Positions 1-16,581 of a DNA stretch of 64,000 nt are shown one piece after another. The notes under the pieces were generated by a model. It was not told where the DNA came from, did not search any database, and worked only from the letters and a program-made list of their open reading frames with translations. The stretch's first letter is position 1, and each line of letters opens with the position of its first letter. The DNA is from the human T2T-CHM13v2.0 reference genome, Homo sapiens, in NCBI RefSeq assembly GCF_009914755.1, contig NC_060933.1, one strand, 5' to 3'. The translations under genes were made by a program, and so were the position numbers.

Positions 1-1826
1 CCAGGAGCAGGAGCAAACGTGAAGCAGCCCAGCCTCAGGGGACTAGAGCACGGCTCTGAGGCACCTCCACCAGGGCCTCGCGTGGGGTGACCAGATCTGT
101 TCCTGTCTCCAAGGGACCGCTGGAAGCCAACGGAAACTCCCCCTGGGAAAAGATTATATCTTAGGCCTCAGACTGTTTCCAAAATCTTTCACATACAATG
201 GTCAGTTAAGCAAAATGACAAGACATCATGAGCAAAAGCCAGCAGAAACAGTAACAGAAGCAAGCTCCCAGACTCCTGAAGCCTGCCAAGATGAAGACAG
301 TCCAAGACAGCCCCTCTCTCCCGCTGACAACAGCTAAAAACTCTGGACAAAAGACAAACACCTACCTAAGGACTCTGGAAAGTAAGCTGCAGCAGGCACA
401 CTGGGGAGGAGGGTCCATCCTGAAGAAGGAACCCAAAACAGGGGACTCCTCAGGTTCGTTTTCTCTTTTCTGCCCTGGCTGGACCTGAGGGCAGCCCCAG
501 ACAGCCAGGCTCAGAGAGAAACCCTGTCTTTCTCTGGCTAGAGGACGAGGAAAAGGGGCCCCTACAAGCTGGAGGGGGAATCCTGAGGGCTCCCACTTTT
601 CTCTCCCAGCCTGACCCAGCTGGCTGCAGTCACAGAGCTGTGCAGTGGCAGCATGAGCAGCAGAAACAGGGAAGCCTAGGCACGGGGTAAGGAAGGAGGA
701 AAGCCCATCTTTCTAGGCAGAGGCTGAGGAAGAAGGTTCCTCGGAGCCAGAAAGTGTGTAAGGAATTCACAAAAGGAGAGCTGGAGAGGGATCCCCAGAG
801 ACGTGTATGAGCCTGCAAGATCTGGGCTTACTCCTGAGCTGTGTGTGCCTTGGGCAGGCCCGGGGCCACAGGCAAAAGCTGTGGAAGCTGAACCAACACT
901 GCAGCCACCACCCATGACAGCAAAACGGACTCCTGGGCTGAACCCAATGGGGTTTATTGCAACCCAGCTGCAAAACAAAATCAACGTTATCCAAAGGACT
1001 TTAACAGGACCCAGAAACCAGTCTCACAGCATGATGTTCACAGAGCCCAATGTTCACAGAGCCCAATCCATAATTATTCAACAAAGAACCAGGAAAATGT
1101 GACCAATTTTCAAAGGAAGAGACAACCAACAGAGGCCAACCCCAAAATGACCCAGATGTTAGTTATCAAAGACTCTAAAACAGCTATTATAAGTTCCATG
1201 AGGTAAAGCTACACTCTCTTAAAATATATGAAAAAATAGAGATCTCAGCAGAGAAATTAAAAACTAGAACGAAAATTTCAGGACTAAAAAGTACAATGGC
1301 AACATAAAATTCACTGGATGCGCTCAACAGAATGGCAACGACAGAGGAGTCAGTGAATATGAAAATAGATCAATAGAAAGAATCCAATCTGAAGAACAGA
1401 GAGAAGAAACTGATGGGATAAAATGGCAAGTCTTGAAGTATGAGACGATGTCAAAAGTTCCAACACTGTCGGTAGAGAAAAGGTTGATGCAAAAAAGTAT
1501 ATGAATAAATATGGCCCAAATCTCCCCAAATCTGGTGAAAGACACCAATTTACAGGCTCAGGAAGCCTAGAAAACCCCAAACAGAATAAACTCAAAGAAA
1601 ACCGTGTGCAGACATGGTTCATAATAAACTGCTGAAGACCAAAGGTGACGAAACAGGCCCGCAGGACCCCACAACTTGAGGTACCAGCCACAGACTTTCA
1701 GTTACCATGCTTCAAACAATAGCAACAAAAAAGACACGATTAAAATTTTGGACAGAAAAGTGGAAATTACAAAAAATCAAAAGAAGAAGAAAAAAGAACT
1801 TGACAGATTAGAAAAAGAACAAAATA

Positions 1827-2590
<764 letters not shown>

Positions 2591-2875
2591 GAAAGAAGAA
2601 AAGAAGAGAAGAGAGAAGAGAAGGAGAGAGGAGGACAGTGAAAGAAGAAAAGGAGAAGAGAAGAGAGACGAGAAGGAGAGAGATGAAAGAAAGAAAAGAA
2701 AAAAAGAAAAAAGGCAGGAAAGGCAGGAAGAAAGAAAAGAAAAGGAGAAAGGAAAAAACAAAAAAGAAAAAGAAAAGGCAGGAAAGGCAGGAAGAAAGAA
2801 AAGAGAAGGAAAGGAAAGGAGAAAGGAAAAAAAGAGGAAAAGAAAGAAGAAAAGGAAAACAAAACAAAAGAAAGG
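2591..2875 (+). repeat. Polypurine (GA-rich) low-complexity tract grown from an Alu tail
   Basis: Almost pure A/G for about 285 nt; internal duplication AAAAGGCAGGAAAGGCAGGAAGAAAGAAAAG. Confidence 0.92.
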
Positions 2876-5800
2876 TTGTAGAACAGAAAAACATAGTAAC
2901 TAAATTTAACTTTATACAATGGGCTGATGAATAGATTAGATACAGATAAGAGAATTAAAGCATCCTGAGTGAAGAACAATGAGACAGAAATAACATACAC
3001 TGTGCCACTGACATGTAATTGGAGGCCCAGGAAGGAGAAGAAAAAATGGGGCAGAAACAGTAAACATATAATGGATGAGAATCTTCCAATACTTGTGAAG
3101 CTCATGAAACCATAGTCTCAAGAAGCACTACAAAATGCCAGCAGGATTCAAAAAAAGACATCTACAGACCAAAGAACTCACAGTAATACTGACGAAATCC
3201 AAAGACAAAGAGAAGATTTTTCAAGCAGCCAGAAGGAATTTCTGGCCAGGACAAAATGGCACACACTTGTCTCTCCCTGTTCCTCTCCTCTAAGCACAAC
3301 CATAAACCCTGGAGAGAACCCTAGAGACAAAGGAGGACTCTGAAAGGTGGAAGAGGAAAGCAAACTGGCTTAGGGCCTCAGGACTGGAGGACCAACACAG
3401 CAACAGGGTGTTCTTACGACCCCCCACCCAACGGGAGGTGACACAGGCCTGATGCTTCCTGACTCCCTGCCTAGCAACAGAGGCAACCCAGGTACACTTA
3501 TTCTGCCCTGGATTGAGTAGGAGTTCCACCTACCACACCAGGCGAGCCCAAGCCCTACTAACAATCAGCAGGTAGGGACATCAGCAAGAGATCCCTCAGC
3601 CCAGAAGCACTCTCCTTCCCCATCAGGCGGACCTGAGACACCCCTCCCACAAACTAGACACACCCTGCACCAAGGGAATCCAGCAAGTGGGACCACCATC
3701 ACCAGCACCTGGCCTAGGAGGCACTCTCCTTCCCCACTGGTCACGGGACTCCTCTCCCCACTGAGGGAAGCCATCCGAGGGGAGGGGCGGACACCGGCAC
3801 AGGAGCCACACTCCACGCACCTGACGGTGATGCTGAAATGTTCCACCCCTCAGAGGCAGGGGTGTAAAACAAACACCCAGCCTGGGAAGCTCTTGGTCCT
3901 GTGCGCAGAGACTCCCATGTCCATCCAGAGGCAGCACGCTGCCCAGCCTAAGGAGCTCCTGCTGCCCTCGAGCAACATCAGTGGGGACCCATGGAAGCCC
4001 CAGGGGAGAGGCTAAGTCAAGCGACCAAAACAGCACCACAAAGGCTAGGAAGGTCAGACTATCACCAGAACCACAGTCACAAAAGTAGGACAGGCCTGCA
4101 TGCTAAACCTGAACAAGGTGACTACTGCTAAAATAAAACCAGTACCCAGAGTTTCCTAACAAAATAGACAAAATGATCAGGAAGCCATCAGAAATGACTT
4201 TAATCAGAGGATGATGAACTGGCACAAACACCATGATAAATCAAATGTTGGAACTATCTGACAAGGATTTTAAAGCAACTGGCATGAAATCACTCCCAAG
4301 TAATCACAAATTCTCCTGAAACAAAATTAGAAAATTCTGGTAATGAGAGCCAAATGAAGAACTGGAAAATACAGTAACAGACATTTTAAAACTCACTGGA
4401 TGGGCTCAGCAATAGTTGAGATGACAGAAGACAGAATCATTGACCTTGAGGTCAGATCAAGAGAATCTACCCAATCTGAACAACAGGCAGAAACTGCAAT
4501 GGAGAAAAGAAGAACAGAGCCTCCAAGACCTGCGGGAGAATAACAAAAGATCCAAGGGTTCTATCACCGGAGCCCAGATCAAAGAGGAGAAACAGCAACA
4601 GAAAGAGAGAAAATCTTCCCAAACATGTTGAATGACAGGAATGAATGAAATGTTTTAAGAAACTGAGTGAACTCCAAAAAAGATAAACCTAACGAAATCC
4701 ACACCAGGACACATCATGACTAAACTTCTAAAACTAAAAACAAAATATTTTCAAGCAGCCAAAGGGGAATGGTACGATACATACAAGGGAACACCAGCTC
4801 CAAAGACTTCTCATCTGAAGCTATGGAGGCCAGAGGGAAGTGGCACAGTTTTCAAGTGCTGAAGGAAAAGAACTGTCAATCAACCACAAATTCCATATCC
4901 AGCAAGACTATCCTTAAAAAAATGAAGAGGAAATAAAGATGTTTTCTGGTGAAGAAAAATAAAATAATCTGTCAAACCTTAAAGAATGGCTAAAGGAAGC
5001 TGTCCAAAGAGCAAGAAAATAAGGAATCTTGGAGGACCAGGAAGAAAAATGCAGAGACATGAGTAATGAGTAAATACAACAGACTACCCTCCTTATGAGT
5101 TTTTTAAATTACATACGATGACAAAAATTTTAACACTGTCAGATGGTCAAGACAGTGGTATTTAAAAGTGGAGAGAGCAAGGGCGGCTAAATGGAAAAAA
5201 GGTTTCCACATTTCACTGAAAACAGTAAAATAAGGATATCAGTAAACTGTTGTAAGTCACATAAGTATACCGTAATACCCAGAGCAGTCACTAAGAAATT
5301 ATACAGAGATACACCCAAAAACAATATAAATAAATCTAGAGAAAATCCTAAAAAATGGTCAATTAACCAATAAGAAGTCAAGAGAAGAGAAACAGGAACA
5401 AGAAACAGAGGAAACAAACAGAAAACAAACTATAAAATGTCAGACTCAAGTCCTAACGTTATAAATAGTAATTGTTAACAATATAATGTTATTAGTAAAT
5501 GTAAACACTCTAAATACACCAATCAAAAGACAGACTGGTAGAGGGTAGATTAAAAAACATAACATCATTACATGCTCTTTACAAGAAATACACTTCAAAT
5601 TCAACAACTTAAGTAGGTTAAAAACTAAAAGGAGGGAAAAAAGATACGCCATTCAAACACTTTTTTAAAAAAAGCAGAACTACATTAATAAAGTAGAAAA
5701 ATTACGAGAGGCAAAAAGGGACATTACATAATGATAAAAGGATCAATCTACCAGAAAGACCTAAAAATCCTGAAAGTCCACGCACCAAACTATAAAGCCT

Positions 5801-6173
5801 CAAAGTACATGAAAAAAGTTGACACAGCTAAAAAGAGGAACAGACAAATCTACAAGTATAGCTAGGGACTTCAACACCCCCTAGACAGAATTACTAGACA
5901 TAAAATCAACAAAGATATAAATCAGAACACAACCAACTAGCAGAATACAACTGATAGAACACTCCACCAAGTTACAGCAGAATACTCATTTTTTTCCAAA
6001 TGCCCATGAAACATTCACTAAAAGAGAACATATCCTAGGCCACAAGACAAACCTTAACAAGTATAAAAGAAATCAAACTAGGTTATCTTAATGAAATCAT
6101 ATGGGAAATACATAAGACAAAACAGGAAAATCTCTGAACACTTGAAAATTAAAAGTTTGAAATCATTGAGGAG

Positions 6174-7342
6174 TGCTGTGGTCTGAGTGTTTTCTGCCCC
6201 TGCAAAATTCACACGGCAACCTAATCCCCAATGTGGCAGTGGTGAGAGGTGGGGCCTTTCGGGGGTGAATAGGTCACAAGGGCCCTACCCTCATGAATGA
6301 GACTAAGGAGGCTTGAGGGAGCCTGTCCTCTTCTGCCATATAAGGACACTCAGAAGGTGCCATCTATGAGGAACAGGCCCTCACCAGACACCAAATCTGT
6401 TGGCACCTTAATCTTGGACTTCTTAGCCTCCAGAACCATGAACAATCAATTTCTGTCATTTATAAATTACTCAAAAGTACAGCAGTCCCCTCTTATCCCC
6501 AAGGGATAAGCTCCAAGACCCTCAGAGGATTCCAGAAACAAAATATATACATATAGGGCTCAGTACTATACTTTCCTACACACGAAAGTTTTTTTGAGAC
6601 ACGGTCTCACTCTGTTGCCCAGGCTGGAGTGCAGTGGTACAATTACAGCTCATTGTAATCTCAAATCCCAACTCAAACGATCCTCCCACCTCAGCCTCCT
6701 GAGTAGCTGGGACTACAGGCACACAGCCACCACACCCAGCTAATTCTTTTTTTTAATGTGGATCCTAGGTCTTGCTATGTTGCCCAGGCTGGTCTCAAAC
6801 TCCTAGACTCAAGCTATCCTCCTACCTCAGCTTCCCAAAGTGCTTGGATTACGGGTGTGAACCACCACGCCTGGCCCTCAAAACAACTTACTGTACTATA
6901 CTCACACTTCTCATGAGGATGTGAGATGAGAAAATGCCTACATGATGAGATGAAGTGAGTTGAATGACATTAGGCATAGTAGTGACCTAGCTTTAGGCTA
7001 CTCCCAACCTTCTGACAATAGGTCAGACAGAGAACTATCTGCTTGGAGAGATCCTGGGTCATCAAGCCATGATGACGTCCATGGTGGGATGTCAGGAGCA
7101 GATGATATCAATGACTTACGAGAACAGCATATACAGTGTGGACATGCTGGACAAAGGGATAAGTCACGTACCAGGCAAGATGGCGTAAGACTTCATCATG
7201 CTACTCAGAACAGCATGCGATTTAAAACTTATGAATTATTTCTAAATTTTCCATGTAATATATTCAGGCCACAGTTGACCAAAGGTTACTGATAACAGGG
7301 GACTACTATATTTCGTTATAGCAGCCCAAATGAACTAAGACA
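6174..7342 (+). mobile_element. MaLR solo LTR (MLT1A/MST-like), split by a MER44-like element
   Basis: Begins TGCTGTGGTCTGAGTGT, ends GTTATAGCAGCCCAAATGAACTAAGACA; contains the typical CCCTCACCAGACACCAAATCTG. Confidence 0.8.
6480..7308. mobile_element. MER44/Tigger7-like DNA transposon containing a minus-strand Alu (about 6588-6876)
   Basis: Terminal inverted repeats CAGCAGTCCCCTCTTATC / GATAACAGGGGACTACTA with flanking TA. Confidence 0.8.
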
Positions 7343-7579
7343 ATGAGTCAAAGAAGTAGTTATCAAAGGAAATTTTTAAAAAATACCTAGAACTGAATGA
7401 AAATGAAAAAACAACATATATGTGAGATGCAGCTGTGGCAGTACTAAGTGGGAAATTTACAGCACTAGAGTCTTACATCAGAAAAGAGGAAAGGTCTCAA
7501 ATCATTAATACAAGTTCCTAGCTCAAGAAACTAGAAAAAGAAGACCAAAATAAACCCGAAGGAAGCAGAAGGGAAGGAG

Positions 7580-8710
7580 ACAGGTGTGGCTAGAAAAGGG
7601 CAACAGTAGAGGTCCTCCTGGGATGGAATGATCTGTACCTGGATTAGATAAAGGTCAATATCCTGGTGTAATATTATGCTACAATTTTAGAAGAAGTCAT
7701 CATTAGGGAAACTGAGTAAAGGGTACCAAGGATCTCTGTATAGTATTTCTTTAAAATGCATGTTAATATACAACTGTCTCCAACTGGCCAGGCGTGGTGG
7801 CTCCCGCCTGTAATCCTAGCACTTTGGGAGGCTGAGATGGAAGAATCACTTGAGTCCAGAAGTTCCAAACTAGTCTGGGCAACACAGTGAGAGCCCATTT
7901 CTACAAAAATAAAAATTGTTTAAAGAAAAATATATATATATACACAATTAACTCAAAACTAAAATTTAATTTTTTTACATTAGCCAAGGATTTTAAGATA
8001 CTTCATAGAAAAAGGTACTCGAATGGCCAATAAGCATATAAAAATGCTCATCATAAGTCATCAGGGAAATGCATACAAAAACCACGGTGAGATACAACCC
8101 ACCTACTTACATAACTAAAATCAAAAAGACTGACATCATCAAGTGTTGGCAAGGATGCAAAGCAACTGGAATTCACATAAGCTGCTGGCCAAATAAATAT
8201 GTCACTTTGGAAAACAACTGGGCACTTTCTTACAAAGTTACACATATGTATCTTATTATCACCCAGTAATCCCAAGCACAGCTGTTTAAGATAAATGAAA
8301 ACATCTGTCCACATAGATGAATGTTCACAGAAGCTCTATTCATAATAGCCAAAAGCTGGAAATGCCCCCAGATAATCACCAACAGATGAATGGAGTTCTA
8401 AAACGTGAGCTAGCCATACCATGGAATATTATTACTAAGCAAAAAAGATCTACACAACATGAATTTCAAAAATACTACGCTAAGTGAAAGAAGTCAGATT
8501 AGATGCACAGAGGAAACTCATCTACAATAACAGAGCAGAGCAGTGAAGCCCTGGGTGGGTCCTGCCGGGCAGGGGCACAAAGGAAACTCGGGAAGTAATG
8601 AGAATGCTGTCTTGATTGTGGTTGTGGTCACAGTGGTTTAAATTCCTCAAACTACACTCTTAAAACATGTGTGCTTTACCAGATGTAAATCACACCTCGA
8701 TAAAAGTGGT
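7580..8710 (+). mobile_element. Old L1 3'-end fragments (L1MC/ME-like) with an Alu monomer at about 7785-7915
   Basis: GGCCAATAAGCATATAAAAATGCTCA, CACTTTGGAAAACAACTGGGCA, TTCATAATAGCCAAAAGCTGGAA. Confidence 0.7.
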
Positions 8711-9458
8711 TCTCTCAAAGGTCCAAAATGGCCGGGCGCGGTGGCTCACACCTGTAATCCCAGAACTTTGGGAGGCCGAGACAGGAGGATCTCTTGAGCC
8801 CAGGAGTTCGAGACCATCCCTGACAGAACTTGTCTCTATTAAAAAAAAAAAAAAAAAGTCCAAAACAAAAGTCTTCACTTTATACCTTACAATGGGCATT
8901 AACCATTGTATCCTAGCAGGGACTTCTCTGAAAAGCTCAGATTTCATACATCTCTCCCCTCCTCAGAAACCTTCAGTGGTTCCCCAATTCCCACAGAGCA
9001 AATCCCCAATCTACGAATCAGCCACTCAAAGCATTCTGCGCTCTGGCCTCAGCACTTTTTCCAGTCTAATTTCGCCTTCCAACTCTGCAGCCACTACCCC
9101 CATGAGGCCACCAGCCTTTCCCACACGGTGTGCACATCACGCACTCCCCTCCACTTCCCCCTATTGTCTTTGCTTCTCTTAATTCGTTCCCTTACCTCCA
9201 TCTGATTCTCACACACCTAGACTACAAACTCAGTTTTCACTCTAATGGAACATTCCAGATTCCCTCAGGGGAGTCTCCCTCCCTCTACTCCCCTGTTCTG
9301 CCAGTAGCATCTGCCCTTTAGAGAGCCAGCCTCCTCAAGCCCGTCATTATGGGTCTCTGTATATGCAGACACTTCCATTGCTACAGGAGGCCTGAAAAGG
9401 ATACGAAGGGCCCCACAGTTCACAATGTAATGCCCAACTGAACTCATGTAAGTTTAAC

Positions 9459-11050
<1,592 letters not shown>

Positions 11051-13509
11051 AAGAACAGGCAAGTCTTTGGCATTTCCAGCCTAACGACATCAACTCTCAG
11101 GTAGAACACCTGTCTATGGCCTCTACCCACTCAAACCTGCTAAAAACATCTTCCCAGGCTCGCTCTCTCGGCACGACATCCCCCTACTTAAAAACCCTCC
11201 CAGGCGAACATCATCAAAGAAATCCCCAGCCAACCTGAGCACCATAAACAATCTGGCCCCAGACTATTTTCCAAACTAATCACTTACTATTTCAGTCCAC
11301 AAATCCTCCGCCTCAACAAGGTTAATCTACTCAGTACACCCGAAGACACCTCTCCTCTGCACAGGGCTGTAGCCAGCTGCCCTCCCCTCTGCTCTTAGGG
11401 GCTAACCATTCAACAAGTATTTGAGCACTCTGTACTGTGGACACAGCAGTAAGTGGGACAACCATAATCCCTGGCCTCACAGAGATGCACACATAACTAG
11501 GCAGCAGGTGGTTCTCAGGACACCTCTGCAGAGGAAAGGTCATGCTAGCTGGACCAACTAGCAACTCCCACAGTATTTAGTACCACCTAACAGGTGCTCA
11601 GGAAGCATTTGAAGATGCTCTGTAACCCCCATGTCAGAAACACCCAAATCCCTTGTCAAGAACAACCAAAGACGATTTAAATATACAATCTAAACTCATA
11701 AACCAATAATCTGAACAAGTCATCACCTTCAGAAATGTGGCAATGTGCTTACAAGTGTGCTGCCATCAAGAGCAGCCTCTTCACACCAAGACTCCAACCA
11801 CTGTTGCCCTCCTGCCAACACAGGGAGGAAGACACGCAGTGGTTTCACCTGTAAATTTAAATAAAGAGTCTCAATTTTTACACAGTTTTACACAGGAGGG
11901 CAAGTTCTGGAGGTGGAAAGGGGCTCTGAGCACAGATTTCATTTTAACGAAAAGTCACTACAAGGAAACAATATGGCGACCCTCTGGAGTTGATTATAAA
12001 GGGATTTTGCTCATCATGTCAAGTTAGCAAACCGGAGTGTAAACTCTTCTTGTTGCCTATATCATGAAACTGCTGGTCCCTGAGATGGGGACTAAAACCC
12101 AGGCTTCACAGGCCACAGCATCCTCACACTGATTTCTTATTCCATAACATGGTTTCCAAATCAGTAGTTCGAATTACTCTAGCAAGAGAAAAAAAGGAGG
12201 GGATCAGACAATTCCTCCCAACAGTGTGCCTCTGGGCAGGCCATGTGGCTTCTGCACAGGGCCACGTGCTGTCAGTAAGGAGAGGGGATGAACTGGCGAA
12301 CCCTAAGCTCCCATCCAGTGCCCTAGGGTTCAGGGCAGCTTGGCTCTGCAAGCAAAAGGAAAACCTGGTTTCCACTGAGCTACACCGCCGACATCCTTGC
12401 AAAGAATTGAGTGCATGCTAGTACTTGCCCTGGGTTGTTTTTTAACATTGTCCTTGAGAGATAATAAAAGCTTGCTCTCCACATTGTCCCCTGAAACCAA
12501 GGCCTAGATACCTCTGAGTTTCCTAAGGGCATGTACAAAACGCACAGTGGCCGAGATCAACGCCAGGACTGCACTGCTCTAGTCCAGCGTGCTATGCGGT
12601 AAAATAAAGGGAACTTCAGCCACCGCCTCAACTTTCCACCAATTTATTACAACTTTCACTCAAACATCACCACAAAATGTGATGACTAGTCAGGTTCTGC
12701 ACCTTCTTATAGACATTTTTAAGCGGACAATTTTCAACATGTCCAATACATTATTTCTTTAAAAAATGCAAACACTGTCAATGAAACAAGAGAGTTACCA
12801 AAAGAAAGGGAGGGGGACCTAAAAATAAAAGCCCAAGGCGGCCACAATTCTTGGCTGTGGCCCCAGGAACGAATGAAACTGAAGGAAGTGTTTCTGCACA
12901 GCCATATGCCACAAGGCCTCGCCAAGGGCAAGCTCTCCTGAGCCCACCCACTTACTACAATGGCAGACTGGTGGCCCCAGGACACCAAAAATCTCAAAAG
13001 GCTAATGCAAAACAAGACAGCAGCCAGCCCTGGAGTTTCAGCAGGCTTTCAATGCTTTCAATCTTTACACAAATGGAGGATGGGCTTTAGTTAGCAACCT
13101 AATGAACAAGCCTTTAACAAGTTAAATATTGAAGCCACTTTCACCATCATACCCCCAAAAGCGATTTCCAATTAAAACATCCATATTGAAAGAACCATGT
13201 CTGATTAACTGAAAACTAAGCTGGAGAGGTACATGGAGACATTCAAAAGAAGAAACAAAGCAAATGCTGCTGGATTAGAAGAAGTGTTGGGGGGACCCAC
13301 ACTGTCCTACCAAAACCCCCTCCCCACTCAGTCTCTTACAAGATACAGCCACACTGGGTAGCAGCGAATCTCACACCTAGGCTGTGACCCCAACAACGTA
13401 AATCACTTCAGCTGAGCTGAGGCAAGTATTTCGGTCATCTGAATTACGATCTCTCCAACCTGTAAATTTAAAGAGAGTCTCAATTTTTACACAGTTTTAC
13501 ACAGGAGGT

Positions 13510-14402
<893 letters not shown>

Positions 14403-16421
14403 GTGGAAACCAGACCTCCTAAAATCGGAGTCTGATGTGCGAAGGCACTGTCACCCACCAGTAAGGGGCACTCCAGTCTCAGCTCCTAAGATGGTGTCCA
14501 GTCTTCTCCAGCTCCTGTTCATGTTTCTTTTCTTTAAATGCCCACCTTTTAATAATTCCAGAACTCAAAAGCCCATGTTAGTATCAGATTGTGAATTCAT
14601 CATCCGATGAGTCAACAAGGATTAAAGAGTGACCTGGTACCGGAAGTGAAACTAGACGAACCCAATACTAACACAGAGACACGCGTACTTATTTCTGGAT
14701 GGCTGACAAATCCCATGCTGAATGCCAAAGCTAAATGCAATGAAATAAAAAATGCATGCACCTTGCTAAAGAAATTGGAAAGCAGATCGTGAAAGTTCTT
14801 TTTATAGCAATTTGTCTAACATCCGCTGCCTGAGCCCTCAGCCCTCTCCACATATAAAATCTTAAAAAACATGCAGGAGTAAAACTTTGTGCTCGGATCC
14901 CAGGAGCCATGCCCAAGAATGCACTGGGCTCCACAGCACCTACGGGAGCCCAGCCAGCGCCCACGAGCAGCTGCGGTGAACAGTCCTCAGTGAGACACTC
15001 CACAGCAGCGGAAATGTGGAAAAGTGAAGATGAAGTCAAGAAGAACCTAAGAACGTAACGTGGGATAAGGGAATAACAAAAGCCAGTCTCAGAAAGAGAC
15101 ATCATTGGCAAAGGTGTAAAAACTAGTTCGTGGTGTAAGCACATGCGGCAAAATACAAAGAAAAGCAAAACAGTGACTAACACAAGGTGTGAGGCAGGTG
15201 AGCCCACGCAGCCGGCAGTGACTGCAAGATACCCAGGCGTCCGCTCTCGGGCTGTTCTTTGCACCTGACTCAAGTTTCATACCTACATCTTACCAATTCC
15301 GTTCTCAAAAACTCATGTGAAGTCTTGGATGTAGCAGTGTTTCTTCCTCATTACAACACAGAAACTAAGGTTCCACTGAGCCAGTAAACAAGAACTGTAA
15401 AACTGAAAACTGTCAAAGGAAAAACTCTTTCCCAATTACTACTTACACAGTACAAAAACCAGTTTGAAATAAGGCGAGTTATTTAATCCCTAAAACTTAC
15501 AAAACGCGTTTGTCCTTATGACTAACTCGAGTCTAGCTGGGGCACAGGCCACTGTCAAACAGGGCAACGCTTACTCAGCGTTTTCCAAACTGGTCAACTG
15601 AACTCTTCTCTGGAAGGGCTGTCTCCTTTAGTCTTACTCTAAAAAGGGTAATTTTTCACCAGAATAAAGGCAAATATTTTAAGAATGCTTCAAATGAAAA
15701 GAGGATTGCAGAAATATTAACCTTTAATTGTACCTGAAACAAAGCACCTGAAATTAATAAAGAAGTCAGCCACTGACGAGAATCACTAGGTCTGTCCTGT
15801 TCCCAGGGCACGAAACAGAAGCGTCTTAATCCACTAAGCACATTAGGGCCTAACAAACTGGACTGAGTAACAAGGTTACCTAGTTCTTCCAAACAGGAAT
15901 TAACCAAAGGGGATCATTATGATTAAGCACAATGCGCGGAATACGCAATTTCTAGTTGGGGAATTCAACAGCTGACAGCTTGTAAGCATCAAAATTCATA
16001 ACAAGTGCAAGGCTCGGAATCACAGGTCCAGCACTGGACGATGCCCGGCGCGCCGGGAAGCGGCGCCTCAGACGGCGGCCCCGCGTCCCCATGGTCCCTC
16101 CCTGCGCCCAGAACCGGGCAGCTCCTTCCCGCCGCCGCCGCCGCCAACGGGAGGCTGGGGGCACTCCCGAAATAGGAGCGGAAGCCCCGACCCACGCCGC
16201 CCTCCGCCGCAGGGACGCCCACTCGCCAGGTGACCGCGTCCCCACGCTCCGCGTTGCCCGGGCGCCGCCAGGACCTCGGAGGCGGCCGGCCCAGCCCCGA
16301 CCCTGTGCGGACGCGGCACAAAGGCGCGGCGCGCGGACCCCGACCCGGCCGGACCCCGGCCGCGTCCCCCGGCCCCGGCCCGCGCCCCTGGCCCCCGCCC
16401 CGCGCCCCTCACCCGGCCCAC

Positions 16422-16581
16422 CTCGGCCGTAGGCCTTGGCGCAGATCCACTGCAGGTTGGCGGCGATCTTGGCGCGCGCCGCGTCGTAGCGGTCCAGGGG
16501 CACGAGGTCGGCGGCGCCGTCCGGCGGGGCCTCCATCTTCCTCCAGCCCTCGGCGGCGGCGCGGCCGCTCGCGTCCACCAT
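16422..16581 (-). CDS. CAMSAP1: CAMSAP1 first coding exon (aa 1-53 plus 1 nt), microtubule minus-end binding protein
   Basis: Translates MVDASGRAAAEGWRKMEAPPDGAADLVPLDRYDAARAKIAANLQWICAKAYGR, the recognised CAMSAP1 N-terminus; ends at donor GAG|GTGGGC (GT at 16421-16420); 160 nt; inside a CpG island. Confidence 0.96.

Larger units (their letters stand above)
3250..7575 (+). mobile_element. Old L1 (L1M-type): 5' region, ORF1 and ORF2 endonuclease region, interrupted at 6174-7342
   Basis: ORF2-start-like AATGTAAACACTCTAAATACACCAATCAAAAGACAGA and GGGACTTCAACACCCC; sequence resumes after the LTR; no open frame. Confidence 0.75.

Noticed and set aside
1034-1065. 16-bp tandem duplication ATGTTCACAGAGCCCA
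   Set aside because: Ordinary slippage duplication in probable old repeat sequence
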